Source: a virus (taxonomy: Duplodnaviria; Caudoviricetes). Taken from it: 47,188 bases of DNA. Where the stretch lies: positions 1-47,188 of IMG/VR virus record IMGVR_UViG_3300007778_000009; one strand, 5' to 3'. Position 1 is the first letter of the stretch. Each line of letters starts with the position of its first letter. Shown here piece by piece: positions 11,601-19,414 of the stretch. A program made the position numbers and the translations under genes. The notes beneath the pieces were generated by a model that did not search any database, was not told the DNA's origin, and saw only the letters and a list, made by a program, of their open reading frames with translations.

Positions 11601-12949
11601 TCGTACCAATCAATCTCGTGACCGCCCTTCTGCAGCTTAATCGCCGATTCGGTGACAATCGACTGCATCGCTTCGGTCATGCCCTCAACCAGAAGACCTT
11701 TCCCACCATTCGCAACAATGTTATCGGTCAGTGTCTTCCAAAAACCTTTAGAGGGATCAGACGTCGGTTTCTTGATGATCAAATCAAACAGCTTTTTAGT
11801 ACCATACACATCCAACGTGGTGTTAATCACTGCCGGTATCCACGCCGCTTCAGGATTATCGACACCTGCCTCTTGCAGCGCCGCGTAGTTCTCACCGAGG
11901 TGCTGCCCTGCTGTGCTGGTCACAAACCCCGCTTTCGCACCAAACTGCGCGCCTTTCATCATCGCAAAACGACGGACCATTGAATCTGTCGCCCCCGGAC
12001 CCACTTTGCGGAGCAACGCCTTCATTGCCGCAGCGCGCGCTGTGCGCGACGCTGTGACCGCTGCCACACCACCCGCACCGGATACCGCTGTGCCCGCCAA
12101 CATAATCGCAGCGTCACCCAATAGTTGGGGGGCTTGCTCGCCTAGCGTCTCGACAAAATAGGTCCAGCCATCGGCAAGGCTATCCACATCATCCCAGCGC
12201 TGAACCCGTGCAGGATTCTTAGCCGCCTCCATGATGTTGCGCTCGAAGCCTTCCTGCCCCCAATCATGTAGCGCATCAAAATCAGCGACCTCACCAAACC
12301 ACTCTGCCGCTTTGTAAAACATGGCTTGCGTGTTGTCGGTGCCTCGATCAAACGCCGCCCCGAAGGTTGAGCGACTCGTGTCAGGTAAAACGTTCGCTTT
12401 GTTGACCGCTTCGGCATGCGACAGACGGCGCTCTTTCTCTTGAGGAGAAATAAGAGAGGCTGGATCAGCCATCTCATCGCGGCGAGCGAACTCATCAAAA
12501 TAGGGAGACTCCCCCTTAAACATCGTCGGATCAGCACCATACTCACGCGCCATAAGAGCGTTCACATCGGTCCCATCCTGCGTATTCACCAGCCGCGCGA
12601 CGGTACGGTCATAGGTGCTATCGCCCGTGTCCTCAACTTTAATCTTGCCTTGGTTCGCCTTGAGGTAGTTCGCTAACGCCAATTTTTGGAGCTGCCCCCC
12701 ACGCTCAGACCGTTCACCAGGCGCATGTGAGGTTTCCGGCGTATCAATACCGCTCAAACGCAACCGTTTGCCGGTGCGTTTGTCCTCGACGGTATCGCCA
12801 TCGATCACAAGGTAGTCACCCGCGTCGATGAAACCGGTCGGTTCAGAGGAGTAGAAATCAGGCGCTAAAGCTTGGGAAAGGTTGTCGGTGCGAGCCTCAA
12901 CACGGTTATCAATCTGGTTGAGAATATCTAGCGCGGTTGGGCTTGCCAT
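5651..12949 (-). CDS. Giant polyvalent, probably ejected virion protein with N-terminal SNase (thermonuclease) domain and internal zincin HExxH motif
   Basis: ATG 12949 with GGAG RBS. VIDGDT..RLRLSGIDTPE..YDRTVA (SNase); TFAHELGHAFFE..FSEFMADQF (zincin). Sits last in the ejection-protein block. Confidence 0.8.
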   Translation of the reverse strand: MASPTALDILNQIDNRVEARTDNLSQALAPDFYSSEPTGFIDAGDYLVIDGDTVEDKRTGKRLRLSGIDTPETSHAPGERSERGGQLQKLALANYLKANQGKIKVEDTGDSTYDRTVARLVNTQDGTDVNALMAREYGADPTMFKGESPYFDEFARRDEMADPASLISPQEKERRLSHAEAVNKANVLPDTSRSTFGAAFDRGTDNTQAMFYKAAEWFGEVADFDALHDWGQEGFERNIMEAAKNPARVQRWDDVDSLADGWTYFVETLGEQAPQLLGDAAIMLAGTAVSGAGGVAAVTASRTARAAAMKALLRKVGPGATDSMVRRFAMMKGAQFGAKAGFVTSTAGQHLGENYAALQEAGVDNPEAAWIPAVINTTLDVYGTKKLFDLIIKKPTSDPSKGFWKTLTDNIVANGGKGLLVEGMTEAMQSIVTESAIKLQKGGHEIDWYDVIDAGLRGAIVGGSLGGAGGVVQTVRGEKAPTEFTPSGEEITRANIDLLVNPDSDYDTDYFHKDDVAFARDQAEKSGISVIFTEQEDGNWQATLDPNKVKETADNQERQQDAGYDENLDDVQGDQVVVARSPDGTLAHVEASSDPTTRAESLAQEVPPDYTVEVMSALDVQRERQAAPVSETTVDQRPGYRVEVEQTQEQEQVSEDERGTASLFVDEENTTLRPREQVLADLTRGKVSFKAVADALRDLGVTTVGTADAEITKSLKIDRVQTARNLKGAGVYVGGAQNRRMSPEDIAASDISDKQLIDIANQYGVFVPLSKDTSTRQSLANIMATLYNTGNQTQKTRPSTPVRESNTEQDRLLREQREREAQAAEQSVMTRFGDASEVALDVAKQWAPVLFRVDAESANTLTDLHDLKLNRKPSSITKEMLSNADLKAAAKELGVPFSDVGYNRRQLILDVQTRIREELRTAQHNRPLLGDSELSDAQFKKAFPWIRQFIFDSAVLSAIGQRYDINAGPAIEQSLRATYDDMVADRKVKVPEAMSFEVYHDVATRMEQEASTNQQMRGDIQSHVATQIDNFANDGTVNAKNLFAKASQAGVIEFTVSVEGKFYDIYETVREKYYGDAQGEKPANATGVSWAPIATDEPATFKRQKQQAAMRGSAIFFDGNEVVHAGAGNLENQRSKLGSATAVSNTQQHKGKNVLFGLISPRMLNVLGSESPRPLTGGYDAISIQALGREYTEEEFGGEWGRMFFAFEAGLNELIAQAEAANAPVTPDRSFLDDSLVIGVDKAGHAVTYGEAREAAQYNLDVNIDLQHWDLDAVRENIETLEADLLVMWEEAGAVIEENTDERKDPKQARFVQVGGTIDPHLSNWFYHALNWPLVNHTSEVVINKEKERAAAYKKAAKATRTLTWLIQARQAAKAAGAWDEAGNRMAIEEVERDSDIVGFDVRNMDNQEVPGKFYQDEGVAVDEEGNEVWERDQRTAAQRDVKTAEQRQVEADAATADRSGAVVESVLDVGDNVRRSNDDGSDYRDQLAQQEREAEQLRADIASRKFNPLPMPQITEALGLENFNPYDSDNVTSVGTGSKTVDAAIFGMITSIRNSLGFTQPLVVLRRRDLNTTKMSAKARQMLSENLAGRDPKAAAYYSAGDYGVIVMPDSGSLVEQVTTFAHELGHAFFETHVPLMSERTETILREAMEQDGATDFSEFMADQFAHWMMDGSVDTPGFEMGRVSSYEVNSLFNRIMRLISRLWLEVQKLLEHRANEDAMAFFDRILMKYRRGERTTRRSLVQDKVHNFDPKREARQLLAKSKGAVFNNRFSGMYRSVVARLNQIDEALRADLYQYSRTAQGTKAWQQISYFLNDRWAGKIEAATKGLGEAQLKRAWDDLRAGRKSPLGQKLRRLIDVMDADMRKRHPYHPREDFVPEAFSHEVIAARRSDFEALILKHFNAEDVNAEQVRIVVDSILYSDGVNDFSVSPGKPVSQHANVDRLLANKAFYKDAIAEGFLLDNPNAILHHYAQTAAKRTAWEEKFGGFVEVEYLDSARLRMLAQAHVDLSTIGSVDEAQKLAESMGLEKDGKLYSPNAKLHEHFDRIRTEKGAEAAIEARKLVRNAMGLDGTSMPNALRNTQNWIMTFLNYTVLAFSGVASIPELAGGAVRGSGRTTFVDMLQVLGEFKENYQQATDLGIVMGDMAELAVMESMGPEYQSPAQHKLNYYLFKFNGQQMLMRAARAISVGLAKRYIARSVQAVKAGDEKGLADLKQLNLSFEDADRWLRAGQQGVISVDQAINQFVYESVVRPSRFEATAWGNNPYMKLAWHLKQFFYSYFNVIIAGTWRAMKGRWDAKRGEGAGVISAAAYSMVPGLMMAALLLPLAMAGQELREWILQKDRTEKMDEAEYARLILSKTGGFGPLEILFNMKQAYDWGRNPLMSATVVTSRLDELLDLGKDGKLSDQEMEKKIRMLIPFFSQNKAAWDALFD

Positions 12950-12961
12950 AGGGGTCTCCAA

Positions 12962-12996
12962 TAAAAAAGCTCTCCCGCAAGTATAGCAAGGAGAGC
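12962..12996 (-). terminator. Intrinsic terminator
   Basis: Stem GCTCTCC/GGAGAGC followed by TTTTTT on the minus strand. Confidence 0.65.
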
Positions 12997-13003
12997 CCTA
13001 TTT

Positions 13004-13020
13004 CAGTAGCAATGCCACTA
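13004..13020. promoter_or_regulatory. 17-bp palindromic operator-like site, copy 3
   Basis: CAGTAGCAATGCCACTA, intergenic. Confidence 0.75.
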
Positions 13021-13023
13021 CTA

Positions 13024-15057
13024 TTAGTCGTCCTGTTGGTTACGCACCAGCTCAGGGAACTGGCCCTTTTCACCGAATAGAGCTTGCAGCACACGCTCTG
13101 TCTGAGAACGCGTCCACTGACGACGATCTTGCGGTAAACCTTTAGAGGTTAACCAACTCTGAACCTCAGGCGTTGCCAAGGCGGTCTCAATACGCGCCTG
13201 AACCCCTTTAACGGTTTCAGACTTAGCACTGCCAGTGATGTCCACCGCCACACTGCCCGCAAAGGCTTGGATCGCACCGTTTACCTCAGCGATATTCTGA
13301 GCCGCTGTGTACGGTGACTTCGGAGATTCGTAGCGGTAATCATCGGTCTGTGCTAACTGATCCAGTGAACGCTGAGACGCCGCTGCTGCTCTCGAACCTA
13401 ATTCGGACGCCTGATCGTTCATCGCAATCGACGCCTGTGAGTTGTCCACGACTTGCTGCTCAAGCTGACCAAGACGCGTTTTACCTTCCGCCTGATCGTA
13501 TGTGTTATCCAACATACGTTTGAAGGTGTAACGGACGGCATCCGCATTGACGTCACCCGACGCTGAGAAGTTTGTCTTACGACCCGTGCCTGACACATCA
13601 AGATACAGATCAAGGGCGTCCAACGCCTCCATGTAGCCTTTTTGAGTCGGGTTTTTGTCAAATTTCTGCAAAAGATTGTCGATAGTCGTCATCGTTGGAG
13701 TATCGAGGTCCATCGCCTTCGTCTCCTCAACAATATTTGACCAATCACCACGTAGTCGCTCGCCATCCTGCATAACTGCGGTCGCCTCTTCGCCCCGCGC
13801 ACGAGCCGCTTCAGCAAATTGATCCCGCTGGCCAAGCGCACCTTTCTGCTGCGCCGCTACTGAACCTGCACCCGCTTCAACACCGAGCCGTTGTGCAGCC
13901 GCTCGACGACCCAACTCCTGTGAATCCGACATACCAGCGCCTTCATAGCCCTGAGCCGTTTGAGAGATCGCCTGAACGTAGTCTGACAATGCAATCGTGA
14001 CGACTTGATCGCTCGCACCATTCTCGGAAGTTTGAGGACCAACAGAGCCACGCGTTTTATTCGCAATTATCAGCGTCAGTTCGTTAGGATTCTTGGGGTT
14101 CTGCATCACGTTAATAACGTCACGGTTCTCAATATCACCGCCCAGAACCGCTGATTTAAGGTCAGGCGTTGAGTTAAGTATCGCCATCGTGCGACCCAAG
14201 TTAACGGGCGTGAGCAGCAATGCAGGGTTCAATGTGCCGTCATCGTTCATCGAGGAGTTAACAATCTGCGAGAGATTACGCCCAATCGCCTTATCACCTT
14301 GCTCTTGTATCTCATTCTGAACTGTCAGCAGCGCTTTTTTGTGATTAGCGGCAGCTAACTCAGCGGCGTCTTGCTCCGACACAGCGCTTAGCTCAGCGTT
14401 GCGATCCCGCTCATTAACACGCTGTTGCGCGGTATTGGCCCGCGACGTTACTGCCGACTCTTCCGCCTTCAGTTTCGGTAGACCCAAACGCTGTTCTTCA
14501 AGCGACTGTGTAAGATTATTCTGCGCAGTCACACCTTCATTAAGCGCAATAGTTTGGGCGCTTTTAGCTTTAATTTCGGGTACACCCAACGCCGCTAAAC
14601 GTTCTTGTAGGCGCGCCGAGTTCGTTTGCGTAGCAATGGTCGCACGGTTTGTCGCAGCCGTAGCCGCAGCACCAGAATCATAGGTTCCGTGTGCCAACGC
14701 TGCTTCGTGGGTCGCAACCTGACCGTCCGCAACCGCTGCTTGGCCCGCAGCCGTCTTGTTGTAAAGATCATTCGCAATCGCCGCGTTGTAGGTCGCCGTC
14801 AAAACCCGTGCTTGTGTCTCGGCGTAGCTCGCCTTCGCCTCCCCTTCGCGCAGTGCAAACGGGTGGAGCTCCTCCGCACGACTATTCTGATCGCGCATAA
14901 ACCCAAGTTGCTCATCAGCACGACGATCCGCGTTCTGCTTCAGGCCATAATCCGCTTCCCACTTAATGAAGTCGTTCTTCAAGCCTTCCCGACGCAGGAT
15001 GCCATCGCTGTAATTGCCCAAAACCCTATTTGCGTCAAAGCCGTCGAAGAAAGCCAT
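13024..15057 (-). CDS. Putative internal virion/ejection protein
   Basis: 677 aa, Ala/Gln-rich and helical; lies between small ejection-like genes and the giant protein. Confidence 0.6.
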   Translation of the reverse strand: MAFFDGFDANRVLGNYSDGILRREGLKNDFIKWEADYGLKQNADRRADEQLGFMRDQNSRAEELHPFALREGEAKASYAETQARVLTATYNAAIANDLYNKTAAGQAAVADGQVATHEAALAHGTYDSGAAATAATNRATIATQTNSARLQERLAALGVPEIKAKSAQTIALNEGVTAQNNLTQSLEEQRLGLPKLKAEESAVTSRANTAQQRVNERDRNAELSAVSEQDAAELAAANHKKALLTVQNEIQEQGDKAIGRNLSQIVNSSMNDDGTLNPALLLTPVNLGRTMAILNSTPDLKSAVLGGDIENRDVINVMQNPKNPNELTLIIANKTRGSVGPQTSENGASDQVVTIALSDYVQAISQTAQGYEGAGMSDSQELGRRAAAQRLGVEAGAGSVAAQQKGALGQRDQFAEAARARGEEATAVMQDGERLRGDWSNIVEETKAMDLDTPTMTTIDNLLQKFDKNPTQKGYMEALDALDLYLDVSGTGRKTNFSASGDVNADAVRYTFKRMLDNTYDQAEGKTRLGQLEQQVVDNSQASIAMNDQASELGSRAAAASQRSLDQLAQTDDYRYESPKSPYTAAQNIAEVNGAIQAFAGSVAVDITGSAKSETVKGVQARIETALATPEVQSWLTSKGLPQDRRQWTRSQTERVLQALFGEKGQFPELVRNQQDD

Positions 15058-15065
15058 GTCTTACC

Positions 15066-15572
15066 TCACAAGAAAAATGCGGCTATCGAGCCGAGAGTAC
15101 CAATCGTTTGCCATTGATTCGCTTTGGCCTGTGCCTTGTTCTGCGCGTTCGTCGCGTTACGGTTCGCTTCCAGTGAGGCCGCCGTACCCATCCCGTCCAG
15201 TGCTGAACTGTTCACTCCACGACCGACCTGCATCAGTGACGATGCAAGCCCAAGGTTACGCTCGCGCTGATCAATCCGCGCCGTATTCACAGCCTGTGCA
15301 GTTCCCGCTGCCTGACCCAACGACTGTTGGCGATCAAGCTGAGCGCGCTGCGCCCCGTTCACATTCATGCCGTAGCGATCAATGGTGCGATCCAATGACG
15401 CCGCAGCTACACCGTTCTGCATCTGAGCCGTATCTGCCGCTTTGTCGATGATCTCTGTGCTGTTGATGTCACCGACCATCTTCTCTTCAAGCGGTGCGTA
15501 CTGTTCAAGAAAGTAGTTCCAATCGTCACGCGTTGTCTGCGCTAAGATGGCATCTGCTGCTGAGCTCGCCAT
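15066..15572 (-). CDS. Putative ejection (DNA transfer) protein
   Basis: Start moved to ATG 15572 (GGAGGT RBS); Ala/Gln-rich with a hydrophobic Gly-containing C-terminus. Confidence 0.6.
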   Translation of the reverse strand: MASSAADAILAQTTRDDWNYFLEQYAPLEEKMVGDINSTEIIDKAADTAQMQNGVAAASLDRTIDRYGMNVNGAQRAQLDRQQSLGQAAGTAQAVNTARIDQRERNLGLASSLMQVGRGVNSSALDGMGTAASLEANRNATNAQNKAQAKANQWQTIGTLGSIAAFFL

Positions 15573-16198
15573 TATGCGTACCTCCCCATACCTGACGATG
15601 CATCCCAATCCGGTTGATCTGATTTCAACCGCTGACGCATCGCGTCCTGATTCGCTTTGATCTCAGACAACCCTTTACGGTGCTGATAACCTTGCACACC
15701 GCCCATCGCGATCTGCCCGAGCGCCGTACTGAATGCATCATTCTCTACAGCCTGGGCGCGCGCTTTTGCGACCGCTTCTGTGTTCGACGCCCGCGCCGCA
15801 ACAGCCATGCCGTTCACGGCATCAGTCGCCATGTCATTGCCGATCTTCAGTGCGCCCAGCTGACCCTTATCTTTGATCTCTTGAGCCGTCTTATTCGCGC
15901 CCACCACGGCCATTGTTCGCGCATCACCTAAGCTCTTCGCGGTTGAACCAAGTTGAGACGCAGACCCGCGACCCAGTGCTACGGCATCGCCCATTGAGTC
16001 ATCAGCCGCTTGCGCCACATCGGCAACGGCTCGCCCGCCCAACAACGCAGAGGTGTCTTTCGCAACCTCCTCTTGGAAGTTCTGCTCAACCGGTCGGTAC
16101 AAGGAACGATAGCGGTCGCGGCGAGCCTTAGAAACTTCGGCTAAGGCCTTCTCGTTCGCTGACTCCTGAACCTTAGGAGCGCTACTCTTCTTACCCAT
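15572..16198 (-). CDS. Putative ejection (internal virion) protein
   Basis: Start MGKKSSAPK at 16198 (GGAGGT RBS); Ala/Gly-rich and helical. Confidence 0.6.
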   Translation of the reverse strand: MGKKSSAPKVQESANEKALAEVSKARRDRYRSLYRPVEQNFQEEVAKDTSALLGGRAVADVAQAADDSMGDAVALGRGSASQLGSTAKSLGDARTMAVVGANKTAQEIKDKGQLGALKIGNDMATDAVNGMAVAARASNTEAVAKARAQAVENDAFSTALGQIAMGGVQGYQHRKGLSEIKANQDAMRQRLKSDQPDWDASSGMGRYA

Positions 16199-16628
16199 GC
16201 TGTACCTCCCGTACAAACAACTTAGAGTCAGATCGGAACCCAATCTTCTCCATCTGACGATCCCAGCCTAAACGCGGGCTAAACCACTCAATGCGGTCGT
16301 ACTCCAACTCACTGGCCAGCGCATCTACCGCGTCGCGTAACTCCAGCAGTACATCGCTCAGCGGGATCAGATACGTCATGTCCATGTTCAAAACACGTTT
16401 CTGCGAGTACCGATCCGTATAATCACTGAGGACCGTGAAGCCCACGCAGTCGCCCTCTGGAACTTCAACCCAATACAAATGAACGCCGCCCGTCGTAAGC
16501 TCACGGTAAACGTCTGCCGGGTGAAAATCCGCGTTGCACTTATCGATCACCTCGCCCACACCGGTCACAAAAAACTGCCAGTTCGCTCGCAGCTCTGGAA
16601 TCGAAGCGGGGATCAACAAGACCATCAC
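16191..16628 (-). CDS. Conserved podophage protein, possibly GNAT-like
   Basis: GFTVL...IEWFSPRLGWDR..GF pattern; occupies the position held by T7 gp13/P22 gp14-type genes. Confidence 0.45.
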   Translation of the reverse strand: MMVLLIPASIPELRANWQFFVTGVGEVIDKCNADFHPADVYRELTTGGVHLYWVEVPEGDCVGFTVLSDYTDRYSQKRVLNMDMTYLIPLSDVLLELRDAVDALASELEYDRIEWFSPRLGWDRQMEKIGFRSDSKLFVREVQHG

Positions 16629-17233
16629 AAGCCCCCGTACTTCACCGTGCGCTTTGCATGTGTGCGACCCGAGGACGCGCGCCCTTTAGCCATCACCATC
16701 TCGTTAGCAAACAGGGCCTCATAGGTCACAGCCAACTCGAAGTTGCGCAACTGAGATGTGGGGTATCGGTAAAGCTCACCGACAGCCCCATTCACAAACG
16801 CGGGGCCATATTCATCGAGAAAACGGTCAGGAAACTGCGGACTGGTGCGCGAAGTCGTCAGACAACACATCACATTCACAACATCACCAGAGGCTAAGCG
16901 CCCATCAAAGATCAGCTCAGCCCCTTCTGCATAGACCTTCTCGGGTTTATGGTCGGGTTCGGGCGTAAACATGATCTCGCTACCGGCGAGGTCGAGGGCG
17001 TCACCGTTGCGCGTACATTGAATCAACGAAACGAGCTGGCTACCGCTGGGTAAATCCAGATCCAGTACATACGCCCCATCAAACACGCTCGGGTTCTCAA
17101 GCACCTCACGCCAAACCATCGACTCCACAAAGAAGCGGTGGGCAGCACGATTCAGCGCCTCCTCGATCGCCATATCAGGCACGTCAGGGATATAGTTCGC
17201 TACACGCGGGATCAACGTTGAAAGGGTTGCCAT
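16625..17233 (-). CDS. Head-tail adaptor-like protein
   Basis: 202 aa; AAHRFF..S.VWRE N-terminus; downstream of the capsid gene. Confidence 0.6.
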   Translation of the reverse strand: MATLSTLIPRVANYIPDVPDMAIEEALNRAAHRFFVESMVWREVLENPSVFDGAYVLDLDLPSGSQLVSLIQCTRNGDALDLAGSEIMFTPEPDHKPEKVYAEGAELIFDGRLASGDVVNVMCCLTTSRTSPQFPDRFLDEYGPAFVNGAVGELYRYPTSQLRNFELAVTYEALFANEMVMAKGRASSGRTHAKRTVKYGGL

Positions 17234-17832
17234 TAGCTCGCCTCACTCGAAAGCTTAAAATTCATAGACAGTGAGAAACGCTTATAGGCCGCATCCGAGA
17301 GTTGGAAGTTCGCCGTCGCTTCAGCGTCTTTGAGATAAGCGCGGTACAGCACAAAGTCCAACACCGCGTTGAAGTACCGATCATCAACCGTCAGTAGATC
17401 CGTCGGTAACGATACGACGGTAGGCTCTTTGGTGTAGAGAATATCCAACGTACCCGACGCTTTAGGATGCACGTAAAAATAAAGCGGGTGTTCGGTGCTG
17501 TAGACATAGTGCAGAACCGTATCGCCCTCTTCGGCGTGCCATTCTGGGTACATGGCATCTAAAATGCCCTGCTGCACCTGACGCACTGCACGCCCTTCGC
17601 CGGTGCGAATCACATCCACCAGCGCGATCCCGTCAGCCGGTAATGATTGAACCGTATCCGTCTCATCGAGCGTGATCGTGCCTCGCGCTGCGGATGCTGT
17701 TCGATCAATCAGAATGACTTCGCGCTGCGCGTCGTTCACCCACTCGATCAGCTCCGACTCAGGCCAACGCGTGCCCAGCGTGTCTTGGAGGATAATCGCT
17801 GCACGTGCGGCTACTTCACCCGCCGTGATCAT
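17233..17832 (-). CDS. Head-tail connector/adaptor protein
   Basis: ILQD....RW...EL..WVNDAQRE...FYVHP...AVLDFVLYRAYLKD pattern. Confidence 0.7.
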   Translation of the reverse strand: MITAGEVAARAAIILQDTLGTRWPESELIEWVNDAQREVILIDRTASAARGTITLDETDTVQSLPADGIALVDVIRTGEGRAVRQVQQGILDAMYPEWHAEEGDTVLHYVYSTEHPLYFYVHPKASGTLDILYTKEPTVVSLPTDLLTVDDRYFNAVLDFVLYRAYLKDAEATANFQLSDAAYKRFSLSMNFKLSSEAS

Positions 17833-18041
17833 TACTCAGCCGCCTTTTTACGCTTGCGCTTAGGCGTCTCTTCAACAACAGGCGCGTCGTCAACGACAGC
17901 AACTACTTCTTGGATACCGGCTTCAAGCGCCGTCTCAATCAGAAAATCACGAAGTACACGACGCTGACCGGCTTTGAACAGCGCAGACTGTCCCGCCTTA
18001 GCAATCGTCATGTCTTTATCACTTACAAAAATGCGCGGCAT
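17832..18041 (-). CDS. Small hypothetical protein with basic C-terminus
   Basis: Ends TPKRKRKKAAE; lies between the capsid and adaptor genes. Confidence 0.6.
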   Translation of the reverse strand: MPRIFVSDKDMTIAKAGQSALFKAGQRRVLRDFLIETALEAGIQEVVAVVDDAPVVEETPKRKRKKAAE

Positions 18042-18066
18042 GCTCACCCCCTAGATAGAAGAAATT

Positions 18067-18086
18067 GGGGCCAGATGTCTGGCCCC
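18067..18086 (-). terminator. Hairpin, probable terminator after the capsid gene
   Basis: GGGGCCAGA-TG-TCTGGCCCC; weak U-tract (AATTTCTT). Confidence 0.6.
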
Positions 18087-18092
18087 GCCACC

Positions 18093-19229
18093 TTAGATCG
18101 AGATCGAGGTGTCAACTGTGATGATGCCGAAATCCTCAACAGTCGAAGGATCACGTGGATTGCCTTTGAACTGTGGCTTGAGGAAACCGAACATCTTACC
18201 AACCGAAATACCAGGCTGGTTTTTGTAGTCGAAGTAATCTTCGTCCCAGTACGGCGTGCCAATGTCTGCCATACCCAGTGCCTGAGCACCACAGAACAGC
18301 GCGCGCTGACCTTCGTCGTTACCCGAAACTGTACCGAACTTCGAACCGCCTGCCGCCGCATGAGTTGTGAATACGTGGCGGAATTCGTGGATAACCACGC
18401 CGTCAACCATCACAGAGTCAGTGCCTTTGAACAGGCTGTTCTTATCACCGCGTACACCCGCATGACGGACGTTGGTGATGAAGTCAGAGTCAAGCTTCAG
18501 ATCAGCCATACCCTGAGGCGTTACAAACATATGGTAAACCTCACCAGCGCCGGTGCGGATGCCACGGATGTAGCGATCTTTAGCCAGAGCTTTCAGGTTC
18601 ACGATAGTTTTGTAGGTCAGAGCACCCAGCTGGCCGTCAGTCGCGTCATAGCCTGTACCGTCAGTCAGACCGCCGGTAGCGTTAACCCAAACCTGACGGT
18701 TAGCCGTTGGTGCAGGTGACGCTTCAGCGAACTCAAGGTCAGACAGGTTCTGGCCCGTCGCTAGAACAGGGCGAGTCGCACCGCGAGTCGTCTGCGTGTA
18801 TGGGATTGAAGACATGGTGAGGAACGCAAGTTCGTCGATCTTGTCAGCCATCCAGTACGCAAGGCGATCCTTAGCCGCTTCACGGAAACCGACCACCGAT
18901 TTCTGTTCAGCCAAACGACCTTCGTTACGCACAGCGTTACGCAGTTGGTCGAGCTGGATCACAACATCGTAGGCCTTCATCGCCTCCTCGTTGCCCTCTA
19001 GCGTGTAGTCGCCGGTGATACCGTCGTTCGCCAGATCAGCTACGAGTGTGAGGACCGCACGGGTACCTTTCTCAGATTTAGTCAGGGTATTGATGCGCTG
19101 AACGACAGAGTTCTGATCTTTACCCGCAAACTGCATGATGAAACTGTTGTTACGAACAACCTTCCAAAAGTCGCGTGACCACGCCGTTTTCTGTTCAGTG
19201 GTCAGCGACGCAAAGTTAGTTAAAGCCAT
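18093..19229 (-). CDS. Major capsid protein (N4 gp56/DUF4043-like)
   Basis: MALTNF...AWSRDFW...L.KSEKG.RA...LEGNEE...DQLRNAV...RALFCGAQAL...DFGII.VDT; AAGGAG RBS; follows portal and scaffold. Confidence 0.9.
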   Translation of the reverse strand: MALTNFASLTTEQKTAWSRDFWKVVRNNSFIMQFAGKDQNSVVQRINTLTKSEKGTRAVLTLVADLANDGITGDYTLEGNEEAMKAYDVVIQLDQLRNAVRNEGRLAEQKSVVGFREAAKDRLAYWMADKIDELAFLTMSSIPYTQTTRGATRPVLATGQNLSDLEFAEASPAPTANRQVWVNATGGLTDGTGYDATDGQLGALTYKTIVNLKALAKDRYIRGIRTGAGEVYHMFVTPQGMADLKLDSDFITNVRHAGVRGDKNSLFKGTDSVMVDGVVIHEFRHVFTTHAAAGGSKFGTVSGNDEGQRALFCGAQALGMADIGTPYWDEDYFDYKNQPGISVGKMFGFLKPQFKGNPRDPSTVEDFGIITVDTSISI

Positions 19230-19274
19230 GAGCTTAACTCCTTGGTCAAAATTGAATTAAAAACCTTCTTACCA

Positions 19275-19337
19275 CTGCGTATCGTGCAGAAAACGAGGGC
19301 CGTAACGGGGCAAGCGATCACCGGTATCGTGGGTGAT
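19275..19337 (-). promoter_or_regulatory. Structured capsid 5' leader with three hairpins sharing an ACGAUAC-like loop
   Basis: Minus strand: ATCACC-cACGATACc-GGTGAT, GCC-CCGTTAC-GGC, CTGC-ACGATAC-GCAG. Confidence 0.55.
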
Positions 19338-19348
19338 GTACTGCCTAA

Positions 19349-19377
19349 ATAGTAGCAGTGCCATTAAAAAAGCGCAA
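19349..19377 (-). promoter_or_regulatory. Sigma70-like capsid promoter overlapped by operator copy 4 (19350-19366)
   Basis: TTGCGC-17 bp-TACTAT with TGn extension; operator TAGTAGCAGTGCCATTA. Confidence 0.75.
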
Positions 19378-19399
19378 TAAAAAGCCCCCGAAGGGGCTT
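19376..19399 (-). terminator. Intrinsic terminator after the scaffold gene
   Basis: AAGCCCC-TTCG-GGGGGCTTTTTATT on the minus strand. Confidence 0.8.
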
Positions 19400-19414
19400 A
19401 GGCGTACTGGAGTG

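Noticed and set aside
5651-12949. Giant protein as N4-like virion RNA polymerase
   Set aside because: No T7-type polymerase motifs recognised; the SNase and HExxH motifs fit a polyvalent ejection protein better.
18044-18406. Alternate-frame ORF as a capsid frameshift extension
   Set aside because: No clear slippery site, it would extend only about 16 codons past the stop, and it crosses a terminator hairpin.
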